A DNA stretch of 64,000 bases, taken from NCBI GenBank assembly GCA_025359625.1, contig JANYFT010000429.1, positions 596-64,595 on the forward strand, in the 5' to 3' direction. The stretch comes from Ferruginibacter sp. (GTDB taxonomy: Bacteria > Bacteroidota > Bacteroidia > Chitinophagales > Chitinophagaceae). Of the stretch, positions 21,659 to 30,975 are shown one piece after another (position 1 is the stretch's first letter; every line of letters starts with the position of its first letter). The notes beneath the pieces were generated by a model. It had not been told where the DNA came from and did not search any database. It saw nothing but the letters and a program-made list of their open reading frames with translations. The position numbers were made by a program, and so were the translations under genes.

Positions 21659-21986
21659 TTGAAAAACAACAATAATTATAGTACTGGTATTGAAGATGGA
21701 ACCCCAGCTAAAAAGGGCGAAGAGGAGGATAATGATGCTATTATTACTAATGATGAACTGAATTTCTGGAACAGGCTGGTAATAAGAAAGATTATGACGA
21801 TATTAATGAACAAGAAGCTCAATTGAACGATACAGATGATGATGGTGATGCCTAAATGAATGGAGTGATTTAAGTGGGGAAGATTTGGATGTGCCCGGTG
21901 CTGAGCTGGATGATAAAAATGAATTGGTAGGGCAAGAAGATGAAGAAAATAATGACTATAGTGAAAGCGATCAAGGCAATAAATAA
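21659..21986 (+). pseudogene. Frameshifted remnant of a second small acidic protein ('LDVPGAELDD' type)
   Basis: Three consecutive frames read as one acidic protein: '..IEDGTPAKKGEEEDNDAIITNDELNF', then 'EQAGNKKDYDDINEQEAQLNDTDDDGDA', then 'DLSGEDLDVPGAELDDKNELVGQEDEENNDYSESDQGNK*'. The frame switches fall near 21765 and 21853. Confidence 0.5.
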
Positions 21987-22127
21987 ATAGTAAATTAACA
22001 AGTATTTTTATCAGATGCACATTTATTGTGTTTTGCAATATAGAAATACAATTCAATTTTAAGAAGCAATAAAAACATTTAGGATTTATTTGCAGGTTAC
22101 TAAAATTGATGTGAAAAATAAGTAAGA

Positions 22128-22319
22128 ATGATAAGAGGAATAAAAAGAAGGAAAGTACTATTATTTAGCGCACTTGATTGTAATGGGCTGATTAGAAAAT
22201 TAAAAACAGGAGAATATCGTTTGTATTACAGATCAAAATCAGGTAAAACGATTATGCGCAAAAGTATTGGTACCTATAGTTCATTGGCAATTGCGAGAAA
22301 GCATGAACAGGAAATTTAA
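22128..22319 (+). CDS. Small basic protein, function unknown
   Basis: 63 aa ending 'GEYRLYYRSKSGKTIMRKSIGTYSSLAIARKHEQEI', followed by a strong terminator. The true start may be internal. Confidence 0.45.
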   Translation: MIRGIKRRKVLLFSALDCNGLIRKLKTGEYRLYYRSKSGKTIMRKSIGTYSSLAIARKHEQEI

Positions 22320-22351
22320 GTGCATTACCATTTGAGAGAAGAAACCCAGAT

Positions 22352-22382
22352 AAACAAGGCCATAATATAGGCCTTGTTTTTT
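22352..22382 (+). terminator. Rho-independent terminator
   Basis: AAACAAGGCC-ataatata-GGCCTTGTTT followed by a T-run. Confidence 0.75.
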
Positions 22383-22676
22383 ATGCAGGCTATAGCTTAG
22401 CCTTTTAAAAAATAACAAAAAAAATACCGGCTGAAAATCAACCGGCATAACCTTACCTATATGGAGTTGTTGAATTATTTGTTATTCCTGGTAACTCATG
22501 AACCTGTGCCAGCAACCTTTATTCTTACCTCAAAAATCCCTAATAATACATGACTGCTTTGGGTTGTAACTTTGGTTCCCGATTGCCACTTTCCCATTTT
22601 ACCTTTTCCTTTTTCTAGCCATAATTGTTTTTGTGCCGGTGCAAAATATTTTGCCTAACTTTTTTCAACCCTAATT

Positions 22677-23261
22677 CTAAAAAATTAAAATTGGTACCAA
22701 TGGTTCCTTTGTTAAGCGTGCTCCTTCTGCAATTTCTTCTAAAAGCTTTTTATTAAAGGCAGGTAAATCTTCGGGGCTGCGGCTGGTAAGCAGCCCATTG
22801 TCGTTTACTACTTCTTTGTCCATCCAGTTTACACCTGCATTTATTAAATCTGTCTTAAGAGAAGGGAAAGAAGTCATATCCTTGCCTTTTATCATTCCGG
22901 TTTCAATTAATAATTGGGGCCCGTGGCAAATAGCTGCCACTGGTTTACCGCTATCTAAAAATTCGGCTGCCAACGAAATATACTCTTTATGTAATCTCAT
23001 TTTATCAGGGTTAATAACGCCACCAGGTATTAACAAAGCATCATAATCATCAGTATTGGCTTTTGAAATATCTACATCCACGGGCAATTCAATAGACCAA
23101 TGATCCTTTTCCCAGGCTCTTACTGTTGATTGCATCGAAATAATATGCACTATAGCACCCGCTTCCTCCAATGCCTTTTTAGGGCTGGTTAATTCAATTT
23201 CTTCAAAGCCGTTTTCTGTAATGATGGCTATTTTTTTTGCACTTAAATCGGGGGAATTCAT
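22677..23261 (-). CDS. DJ-1/PfpI family protein (type 1 glutamine amidotransferase-like protease/deglycase)
   Basis: It has 'YDALLIPGG' and the nucleophile elbow 'AAICHGPQLL'. Confidence 0.9.
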   Translation of the reverse strand: MNSPDLSAKKIAIITENGFEEIELTSPKKALEEAGAIVHIISMQSTVRAWEKDHWSIELPVDVDISKANTDDYDALLIPGGVINPDKMRLHKEYISLAAEFLDSGKPVAAICHGPQLLIETGMIKGKDMTSFPSLKTDLINAGVNWMDKEVVNDNGLLTSRSPEDLPAFNKKLLEEIAEGARLTKEPLVPILIF

Positions 23262-23338
23262 GATTTATATTTTACAGGTATAAAAATATATTGTAACTAA
23301 AATAGAATAAAAACCGTGCCGTTGTTAAAGCAAATCAA

Positions 23339-24063
23339 TTATGCGGCTATCATTTTTTCGTGGTGCATGCTATCGCAATATTGTTGAAGAAACTGTGCAT
23401 TTTTAATTGCATTGGTAGCAGCAGTATTATTAAAAAAACAATTCACTTTTTTTATCTGTGGTATATCTAAAATGTCATCAGCAAAAGTTTTTAACACATC
23501 GTCTTTATAGTCAGAATAATATAAGGGAGGCACTCCATGAAAACGGTAATAAATAGTGGGACTCCAACAACAATATCATCGGGTAATGATGGGTGACTGG
23601 TACCACAAAAAACAATTTTATTCTTTGCAAGTTGTGTATAAACTTCCTCATTCCACCAACTGCTGTGGCGAAATTCAACCACGTTTATAAAGTTGGTATC
23701 AATGCTTTGTATAAGTTGTTGAAGCCTGGTTTCTGGGTAAGTAAATTTAGGTGGAAATTGAAAAAGTATCTGACCAAGTTTTTCTCTCATTCCTGCTTTG
23801 CAGGTAGTATAAAAATCAGTTATCAATTAATCGGCATCTACCAATTGTTTAAAATGCGTAATTAGTTTAGGCACTTTAATGGAAAATGAAAAACCGTCCG
23901 GGCTTTTTTCACACCATTCCAGCAATCTTTAATTTGGCAAAAACAAAATAATGGCAAAAAAAGAAGGGTAGTTATTTTTATGAAGATGGTCAAACGCTTT
24001 ATAAATAATTCCCTTATTTCAAATCTATTTTTTTGTCCCACTGAGAAGCAATATAACATTCAT
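23339..24063 (-). pseudogene. DUF72-family gene, heavily eroded
   Basis: One frame from the ATG at 24063 reads 'MNVILLLSGTKK*I*NKG..FFAIILFLPN*RLLEWCEKSPDGFSFSIKVPKLITHFKQLVDAD*LITDFY..REKLGQILFQFPPKF..VEFRHSSWWNEEVY'. In-frame stops sit at 24025-24027, 24019-24021, 23929-23931 and 23827-23829. A frameshift near 23550 comes before 'YYRFHGVPPLYYSDYKDD..'. Confidence 0.8.
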
Positions 24064-24304
24064 GGGGCTTGTCTTATGAGATGAATCACCCACTACGGTA
24101 CTTAATTTTCAAGAAACTTTAACTTTATAATTTGTTGGCAGCACTAAAATTATTGGTTTTAATCACCGGACTCTAAAATTTCTTCCCATCTTGTTTGATT
24201 AAATTGTGATCTTGTAAAAAAATATTTTGTCATCTTTAAAATATGGAGCATCGTTGCCCGTCTTTCAGTATATAATGGAAGACGGGCTGACTATACCAAT
24301 TGCG

Positions 24305-24856
24305 ATGAGTACTGAGCTTAATAATAATATTACTCACATTATTAAAACTATGAGCAGGCGCCTGCTTGGCTTTATTAAAAAAAGAGTAGCCAGTCCGGAA
24401 GATGCAGAAGACATTCTTCAGGAAGTATTTTACCAGTTTGCAGGCAATGCCGAAACCATTACCCAGGCAACCAGTTGGCTGTTTACTGTAGCCAATAATA
24501 AGATAACGGATAGCTACCGAAAAAAAAAGCTACCGTTGGCAGATGATATTTTTACAACTTCGTCAACTGAAGAAGAGAGTTTTGACTGGAAAGAAATATT
24601 ACTGCAATCAGATACCAATCCGGAAACAGAATACCTGCGCAATATATTTTGGGAAGAGTTGCAACTGGCACTGGATGAACTGCCCGAAGAACAGCGGGAA
24701 GTATTTATAGAACATGAGATGAATAGCATTTCGTTTAAAGATATGGAAGCAAAAACCGGTGTTAGTGTGGCCACACTTATTAGCCGTAAACGCTATGCTG
24801 TATTACATTTAAGAGAGCGGTTACGAATTTTAAAAGATGAATTGTTAAATTATTAA
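24305..24856 (+). CDS. ECF-type RNA polymerase sigma-70 family factor
   Basis: Region 2 'AEDILQEVFYQF..WLFTVANNKITDSYRKK' and region 4 'LDELPEEQREVFIEHEMNSISFKDMEAKTGVSVATLISRKRYAV'. ATG at 24305 is preferred; the TTG at 24227 and ATG at 24275 are possible. Confidence 0.85.
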   Translation: MSTELNNNITHIIKTMSRRLLGFIKKRVASPEDAEDILQEVFYQFAGNAETITQATSWLFTVANNKITDSYRKKKLPLADDIFTTSSTEEESFDWKEILLQSDTNPETEYLRNIFWEELQLALDELPEEQREVFIEHEMNSISFKDMEAKTGVSVATLISRKRYAVLHLRERLRILKDELLNY

Positions 24857-24937
24857 ATAATGCCCCTTGGGCAATTACAACAAATTAAAAATTAATGCCC
24901 TTAAGCTATGAAACAGGGTATATTAAAAATACATACA

Positions 24938-25300
24938 ATGAAAAAATTTTGGATAAAAAAAGGGTTGATGTTTATTACCTTCTTTATTGCCTTTGTGTTA
25001 CTACTGGGCTTTGTAGTAATGGGTTTATGGAATGCGATACTGCCGGTTGTATTAGGCGTTAAAGCTATTACGTTTATACAGGCATTGGGCATTTTATTAT
25101 TAAGTAAAATATTATTTGGCGGTTTTCATGGCGGGTGCAGGGGAAGAAGGGAGCAATGGAAAATGAAGATGCAGGAAAAAATGGGCAATATGACGCCGGA
25201 AGAAAAGGAGAAGTTTAAATCGGAATGGAAAAACCGTTGTGGCAGCAGGTGGAAAATACATGGGCGGGAAACTAGGGAAACTACTGATATGGCAGAATAA
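24938..25300 (+). CDS. Small two-TM membrane protein with a basic/charged cytoplasmic tail (possible partner of the ECF sigma factor)
   Basis: It has 'MKKFWIKKGLMFITFFIAFVLLLGFVVMGLW' and a second TM, then 'GGCRGRREQWKMKMQEKMGNMTPEEKEKFKSEWKNRCG'. It starts 80 nt after the sigma gene. Confidence 0.5.
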   Translation: MKKFWIKKGLMFITFFIAFVLLLGFVVMGLWNAILPVVLGVKAITFIQALGILLLSKILFGGFHGGCRGRREQWKMKMQEKMGNMTPEEKEKFKSEWKNRCGSRWKIHGRETRETTDMAE

Positions 25301-25385
25301 TTCAGTGAAGTAATAAGTTAAATACTCCTGTTGTTGAATTTGTTGCTTCATTTTATTAAAGTATCCCCTTAACTAAAATACTTTT

Positions 25386-25598
25386 ATGCAGATACTTGTT
25401 TTTAAAACCAACCTTTCAGATAGTAGCCATATCAATGCTATTGAAAGTAGTTTAAATGTGCATCCTGATATTTTTAAATGGAATGTTGACCTACAGGATT
25501 GTGATAATATTTTAAGGGTGGTGGGGAATAATATTGCAGGCAAAGAAGTGGAAACAATGTTAGGCAATGCAGGATATTATTGTAAAGAATTAGAATGA
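25386..25598 (+). CDS. Small conserved-looking hypothetical protein (70 aa)
   Basis: ATG start. 'MQILVFKTNL...IFKWNVDLQDCDNILRV' has a beta-alpha-beta-like pattern. Same strand as the sigma factor and membrane protein. Confidence 0.45.
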   Translation: MQILVFKTNLSDSSHINAIESSLNVHPDIFKWNVDLQDCDNILRVVGNNIAGKEVETMLGNAGYYCKELE

Positions 25599-25632
25599 AG
25601 AACGGTAATATTCATTGTTTATGAAACCTTTA

Positions 25633-26499
25633 TCAAAAACATTCCACAGTCCATTGACGTTGCCAGTTTGTATTTGCATCCAAAGTAATTATCCCGTCTT
25701 TATTTTTTAACTGCTGATCGTGATTGACGCTATCGGAAATGCCACACCAGGGTTCAAGGCAAACAAAATTTGCATCCTTTGATGCCCAAATGCCAAAGAA
25801 AGGAAAGTTATCAAAAATAAAATGAAGGCCATGTGCATGTTTTGAACAACCCAAAGTAATTTTATTACTCCGCATATTTTTTAATACAATAGCATCTTCA
25901 TAAAATAATTCATGCGCCAGGGGGAGCATCCCATCTGGAGCAGTTAATATTTCTGCACAATCAGCAATTAATCCATCTTTCAGTTTCCACCGGTGCAATT
26001 GTTCTGTTTCATTAAACTGTAAGTAGTAATCGTTGTAAACAGTTCCATCAGCTATTGGAACCGCAAAAGCGGGATGTGCGCCAATAGAAAAAAGCAATTC
26101 ATCGTAACCAGTATTACTTATCTCATAGATGCAGGCCAATGTATTTTCCTTTAGCACATAACGTAACCTTAGTAAAAATGCAAACGGGTAAACAGCCAGC
26201 GTTTCAGCATCTTGTGAAAGTGAAAACACGGCTTCTTCCAAACTTACCTGGTCTTTTAAAAAAATCCTTTCTCTTGCAAATCCATGCCGGGAAAGATGGT
26301 AGGTTTTATCCTTATAAAAATAAGTGCCTTCTTTTAATGAACCAATAATAGGAAACAATACAGGGCTGTGTTTGCCCCAGAAGGCAGCATCGCCGCTCCA
26401 CATATATTCTATGCCCGTTTCTTTATTAGTAAGGCTTTGCAATTCGGCTCCTTTGGGTGAAATAACAGCCCGCAATTTTTCGTTTTCCAAGATGATCAT
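25633..26499 (-). CDS. Aldose 1-epimerase family protein (galactose mutarotase-like)
   Basis: It has 'LFPIIGSLKEG.Y......Y.L.RHGFAR', 'GAHPAF' and 'FVCLEPWCG'. Confidence 0.85.
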   Translation of the reverse strand: MIILENEKLRAVISPKGAELQSLTNKETGIEYMWSGDAAFWGKHSPVLFPIIGSLKEGTYFYKDKTYHLSRHGFARERIFLKDQVSLEEAVFSLSQDAETLAVYPFAFLLRLRYVLKENTLACIYEISNTGYDELLFSIGAHPAFAVPIADGTVYNDYYLQFNETEQLHRWKLKDGLIADCAEILTAPDGMLPLAHELFYEDAIVLKNMRSNKITLGCSKHAHGLHFIFDNFPFFGIWASKDANFVCLEPWCGISDSVNHDQQLKNKDGIITLDANTNWQRQWTVECF

Positions 26500-26826
26500 A
26501 AGCTAAATTAGGTATTCTTTTTTAGACTGTGTAACCGTTTGTCAGTACAAGTTTTAGAGAATTGTCATCTTTGGAAAGTTACAGCATAAGCACACTTGGC
26601 CTTAAGCCATTTTTAAAATAAAGTCGTCCATCTATACACTGCTTTATTATTAGGCAACAAGCGGAATCAATATTTAATATGGTATTAAAGGTGTTGCTAC
26701 GCTCAGGATTATCATTTAGGAATTCTGTCCAAAATTATTTTATTTACGGCTATCCCCTGTAGGATAATCCTGTAGTGGTCTTCCTCATAATTTAGAAGCA
26801 AATAAAAATAAAAGCTGTATAAAAAT

Positions 26827-28134
26827 TTAAAATCTGTATTGCACTCTACAGGTAAAAACATTGTCTTTTAAGTCATCTTTGTAACCTGTTAAATTGGTTT
26901 TTTCATTGGTAATCTTATCATACCATAAAACCAGTTTGGCATTTTCTGTCAGATAATAAATATAGCCAAATCCCAAAGTATTGTACTTAATATTAGCAGC
27001 ACTTATTGTTGTACCTGCTGTTCCGATATCATCTCCTTTTAGTTCTGTATTTGGATCATACCAGTCATATTTAATTGCAATTTGATGACGCTTGCTGCCA
27101 AGATGTTGTAAAAAATAAAAGTAGGCTCCGCTGAATTTTCTGATATAATAACCTTCATTACCAGTAAGTGAAATACCAGGTGTTTCGCTCGTAACAGCTG
27201 AACCAGTTTGTTTGCCTGTAATATATTCAGCTCTAAACTCGGTATAACCAACTCTGTTTTTAATTTTTAATTGTGCATCAACTCCATAGTATTTTCTTGG
27301 CGCAATATTGCCAGTATTCGTGGCGGCAGAATCTACGATAAAATTTTTAGTTCCGTTAAAAGTTTGGGTGGTATAAACATATTTTGTGTTTTGCGATAAG
27401 CCTCCATATAACATAGATGCTGCAGCACCGAATGTTATTTTTTTACCAAGGGATTGTGGCTTTATAGTAATACGGCCAATAATATCCTTATGGCTGTCAT
27501 AATCAGTTAAAGAAGAAAGGCCAGGACCATTAAAAACACCAAGATCAATTTTCAAAAATTTTAATTTATTGTTCTTTTTTCTTGAGTCAAATGTTATCAT
27601 TGCTCCCATATCTCTTTCTGTCTTCATCAATATTTGGCTCATACGGCCACGTTCGGGGCTTTCTCTGTCGCCACTTGATAAATTTAATTCGTAACTGAAA
27701 GGGCGGGCAAACAAACCCGTTGTAAAAGCAAACACCTGAAACTTATTTTCAAAAATCCTTCCCCAAACATCCCTTACATTCACGCCTCTTTCTGTAGCAT
27801 CAAATTGAAAAACAAATTGCAGGGAAGGGCCATTACCTGCTTTAGGGAAATTTATATAATCAAACCTTACCCTTGATCTTCTTAACATAAAACGGTTATT
27901 GCTATTTGGAGCAAAATCTCCACCTGCAAAACCTTTGGCACCTTTACTTTCCCCTACCTGAAATTGTGGTTGAATATATCCACTCAACTTTATATTATCA
28001 AACCGGTTGTATAAGGCCAACATTCCCTTACCCATATCCTTTGTAGTGTCAACCATATCCATCAGGTATTGGCCATGCAGTAACTGGCATAGCAATACAG
28101 CCAACGCCACTAAAGGCATTTTTTTCTTAAGCAT
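26827..28134 (-). CDS. Outer-membrane beta-barrel porin, OprO/OprP (phosphate-selective porin)-like
   Basis: Signal peptide 'MLKKKMPLVALAVLLCQLLHGQ' (ATG at 28134), alternating beta-strand pattern and a terminal aromatic residue '..CRVQYRF'. It is divergent from the phosphate uptake operon. Confidence 0.65.
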   Translation of the reverse strand: MLKKKMPLVALAVLLCQLLHGQYLMDMVDTTKDMGKGMLALYNRFDNIKLSGYIQPQFQVGESKGAKGFAGGDFAPNSNNRFMLRRSRVRFDYINFPKAGNGPSLQFVFQFDATERGVNVRDVWGRIFENKFQVFAFTTGLFARPFSYELNLSSGDRESPERGRMSQILMKTERDMGAMITFDSRKKNNKLKFLKIDLGVFNGPGLSSLTDYDSHKDIIGRITIKPQSLGKKITFGAAASMLYGGLSQNTKYVYTTQTFNGTKNFIVDSAATNTGNIAPRKYYGVDAQLKIKNRVGYTEFRAEYITGKQTGSAVTSETPGISLTGNEGYYIRKFSGAYFYFLQHLGSKRHQIAIKYDWYDPNTELKGDDIGTAGTTISAANIKYNTLGFGYIYYLTENAKLVLWYDKITNEKTNLTGYKDDLKDNVFTCRVQYRF

Positions 28135-28259
28135 AACACAAATTTTGCCGCAAAGAAATAACAATTTAATGTTAACTCTGTGTTACCAAATTGTTACTAT
28201 TTTAAAACTGCATTATTTTTTTACGGTAAAGCTTAACCTTTGCCAAAATTTTTTCAACC

Positions 28260-28907
28260 ATGGGATTTAATTCAATTTTTAAAATTTTTTTACCAAAAGA
28301 CAGGGTATTTTTTCAGCTGTTTGAAAGTGTAGCAGAAGAGCTTGTAAAAATGGGTTATAAGCTAAAAGAAGTGGTTAATGAACCCGATTTTGATAAACGG
28401 GGCCAATTGATTCAGGAGATTGAAGATATGGAACATATAAATGATGATTACACCCATAATATTTTTACAGAACTGGGTAAAAATTTCATTACCCCTTTTG
28501 ACCGTGAAGACATCCATTACCTTGCCTCTTCTCTTGATGATATTGCCGATTACATTTACGCTGCTGCAAAAAAAATAAATTTTTACCGGGTCAATCCAAA
28601 TGAAACCGGCTTTCTTAAAATGGCCGAATTAATTGCCGTGGGGTGTGTGCAGGTGCATAAAGCAGTTACCGAATTACGCAATATGAAAAACATGCGCCAG
28701 ATAACTGATGCTTTAGTTGCCATTAACAGTATAGAAAACCAGGCCGATGATATTTTTGATATGAGTATAGAGCGCCTGTTTGCAACAGAACCGGATGCCA
28801 AAGAAGTAATTAAAAAGAGAGAAATATATCAGGTAATGGAAATTGTTACTGATAAATGTGAAGATGCAGCGAATGTTATTGAATCTATCATTGTAAAATA
28901 CGCTTAA
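28260..28907 (+). CDS. DUF47 / PhoU-like phosphate transport regulator (Pit accessory protein)
   Basis: It has 'TPFDREDIHYLASSLDDIADYI' and 'IENQADDIF', and lies immediately upstream of the PiT transporter. Confidence 0.85.
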   Translation: MGFNSIFKIFLPKDRVFFQLFESVAEELVKMGYKLKEVVNEPDFDKRGQLIQEIEDMEHINDDYTHNIFTELGKNFITPFDREDIHYLASSLDDIADYIYAAAKKINFYRVNPNETGFLKMAELIAVGCVQVHKAVTELRNMKNMRQITDALVAINSIENQADDIFDMSIERLFATEPDAKEVIKKREIYQVMEIVTDKCEDAANVIESIIVKYA

Positions 28908-29003
28908 AACCAATTAGCTTATGTAATAATGTGCTATTTGTAAATACGCTCCTAATTTATATAGCATCCCATTAGCTAATTAGCCAATTATCAAATTATT
29001 TTT

Positions 29004-30419
29004 ATGACGCTGCTTATAGTTATAGTTATTTTAGCTTTAATATTCGATTACATTAATGGTTTTCATGATGCTGCGAATTCAATTGCCACTATTGTTTCTA
29101 CAAAGGTATTAACTCCTTTTCAGGCCGTGGTTTGGGCAGCTTTTTTCAATTTTGTTGCCTACTTTATTTTTAAAGATCATGCTGTTGCCAACACCATAGG
29201 AAAAACAGTTCACCAGGAATTTATAACGCTCCCGGTAATTTTATCCGGTTTAATAGCAGCCATCAGTTGGAACTTATTAACCTGGTGGTATGGTATCCCT
29301 TCATCTTCATCTCATACTTTAATAGGAGGTTTTGCAGGGGCCGCAATTTCTCACGCATTTTTAACCAGGGGGTTTACTGGTATTAGTACTATTGTGGAGG
29401 TTAAAAAAATTACTGAGATAATACTCTTCATATTTCTTGCCCCGCTGATTGGGATGGTAATATCCATCTACATAAGTGTAATTACAATTATGCGAAACAC
29501 ATGGGCAAAAGTGGGGTTAATAATATTGTCTGCAATCGGTACCTTGTTTTTGTTTGCACATTTTGAGCAAAATAAACTAGAAGAAAACCTAGCGAAATTT
29601 TATAAGATAGAAGTTCTTAAAAAAGATCTTTCCAAAGATCCATCAACAGCTGCAAACTATGCCGCCGCTGTTGCTTTTGTAGACGCTGCAAAGCCAATGA
29701 TGGTTGATTATAAATCGCTGGGCGCAATCAAACTTGCTGAAAAAATTAAAAAGGAAGTTGATAGTAAAGTTGATACGGTTGCATTATCGAAAGCTTTAGG
29801 AAAAGCAGATAACTCAATTATAATTTATGGCATTTTAATTATGATATTTATTTTTATTTGCGCATACATTTATTCAGAAAAAGTAAAAACACCCAATGCG
29901 TACCGTACTGGAAGAATGTTTAAAAAATTGCAGTTATTTTCTTCAGGTGCTTTCAGTATTGGTCATGGTGGTAACGATGCCCAAAAAGTAATGGGAATTA
30001 TTGGGGCTGCATTTGTAGCTTATAACAGTACAAAATATCCCGATGTGGGGGCTGCTTTAAAAGAACTTACCTGGGTACCTTTAGCCTGTTATACTGCTAT
30101 TGGTTTAGGCACCATGAGTGGTGGCTGGAAGATAGTAAAAACTATGGGTACCAAAATAACCAAAGTAACCCCATTAGAGGGTGTAGCTGCAGAAACAGCC
30201 GGCGCACTAACCTTATTTATGACAGAACAAATGGGCATTCCTGTGAGTACAACGCATACCATTACTGGTGCCATAATTGGCGTTGGTGCCACCAAAAGAT
30301 TAAGTGCAGTGAGATGGGGTGTTACAGTTAGTTTGTTATGGGCCTGGATACTTACTATTCCGGTAAGTGCTTTACTTGCAGGCATTATTTATTTTATTGT
30401 TTCTTTTTTTATAAAATAA
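29004..30419 (+). CDS. Inorganic phosphate transporter, PiT family
   Basis: Duplicated PiT signature: 'NGFHDAANSIAT' at the N-terminus and 'GHGGNDAQK' in the second half, with a large central loop between the halves. Confidence 0.9.
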   Translation: MTLLIVIVILALIFDYINGFHDAANSIATIVSTKVLTPFQAVVWAAFFNFVAYFIFKDHAVANTIGKTVHQEFITLPVILSGLIAAISWNLLTWWYGIPSSSSHTLIGGFAGAAISHAFLTRGFTGISTIVEVKKITEIILFIFLAPLIGMVISIYISVITIMRNTWAKVGLIILSAIGTLFLFAHFEQNKLEENLAKFYKIEVLKKDLSKDPSTAANYAAAVAFVDAAKPMMVDYKSLGAIKLAEKIKKEVDSKVDTVALSKALGKADNSIIIYGILIMIFIFICAYIYSEKVKTPNAYRTGRMFKKLQLFSSGAFSIGHGGNDAQKVMGIIGAAFVAYNSTKYPDVGAALKELTWVPLACYTAIGLGTMSGGWKIVKTMGTKITKVTPLEGVAAETAGALTLFMTEQMGIPVSTTHTITGAIIGVGATKRLSAVRWGVTVSLLWAWILTIPVSALLAGIIYFIVSFFIK

Positions 30420-30442
30420 TATTTGTAAAAGTTTTCTTCTGC

Positions 30443-30475
30443 AATCACTCTTCCATAAATGAGTGATTTTTTTAT
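30443..30475 (+). terminator. Rho-independent terminator after the PiT operon
   Basis: AATCACTC-ttccataaat-GAGTGATT followed by TTTTTTATTTTT. Confidence 0.75.
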
Positions 30476-30516
30476 TTTTGATAAAACATATAGTAAGTTT
30501 GTGCAAACAATAAAGT

Positions 30517-30964
30517 ATGGAAGCAATTAAAACCATTGTCAAAAATGATCAAATTCGGCAAGTATACATTGACCTGCCAATTAACCATGATGCGGCTGAA
30601 ATACAAGTGTTGGTAATTGTTGAAGAAAAGTAAAGTAAAAACATTGGCAGATTTTGCAGAAAAATTGTAAAGAAAAGGAGATTCGGTTACATATCAAAAA
30701 GCGATAAGAAGTGGATGGAACTAAATTTATTTTATACTAATATTTTGTTATCGTATTTACAGGGTAAACTTAAACCACAAAATATTCCTTTGATATTAAT
30801 AAACCCGGCATTTCTATAACTGCTAAATAGAATATTTAGTAAATACATCGCTGGGGGATTAGACAAAACTGCCTGATGCAATAATTGCTTCAACCGCAAT
30901 GACGAATAATGCAATATTACTTAGTGCAGATAATATTTTAAAAAATTTTCAATCTAAATTCTAA
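30517..30964 (+). pseudogene. Eroded type II toxin-antitoxin pair (antitoxin plus PIN/VapC-like toxin remnants)
   Basis: Antitoxin pieces are 'MEAIKTIVKNDQIRQVYIDLPINHDAAEIQVLVIVEEK*', then (shifted frame) 'KTLADFAEKL*RKGDSVTYQKAIRSGWN*' ending at 30724. An overlapping ATG at 30715 opens 'MELNLFYTNILLSYLQGKL..*', which is PIN N-terminus-like with Y in place of the usual D of 'LDTN'. Another frame gives the PIN C-terminus 'DAIIASTAMTNNAILLSADNILKNF..*'. Confidence 0.6.
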
Positions 30965-30975
30965 ATAATAAAAGC

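Noticed and set aside
21676-22056. 126-aa minus-strand ORF.
   Set aside because: It lies antisense to the acidic-protein pseudogene. Its low-complexity H/L/I-rich translation is the complement of D/E/N codons.
22383-22676. Short minus-strand reading frames ('MARKRKR*', 'MGKWQSGTKVTTQSSHVLLGIFEVRIKVAGTGS*') downstream of the PfpI gene.
   Set aside because: They are too short, I recognise no family, and joining them requires an assumed frameshift.
26703-26772. 10-bp inverted repeat CAGGATTATC ... GATAATCCTG, about 50 nt apart, between the porin and the aldose epimerase genes.
   Set aside because: The loop is too long for a terminator and no partner features were found. It could be an operator, but I have no supporting evidence.
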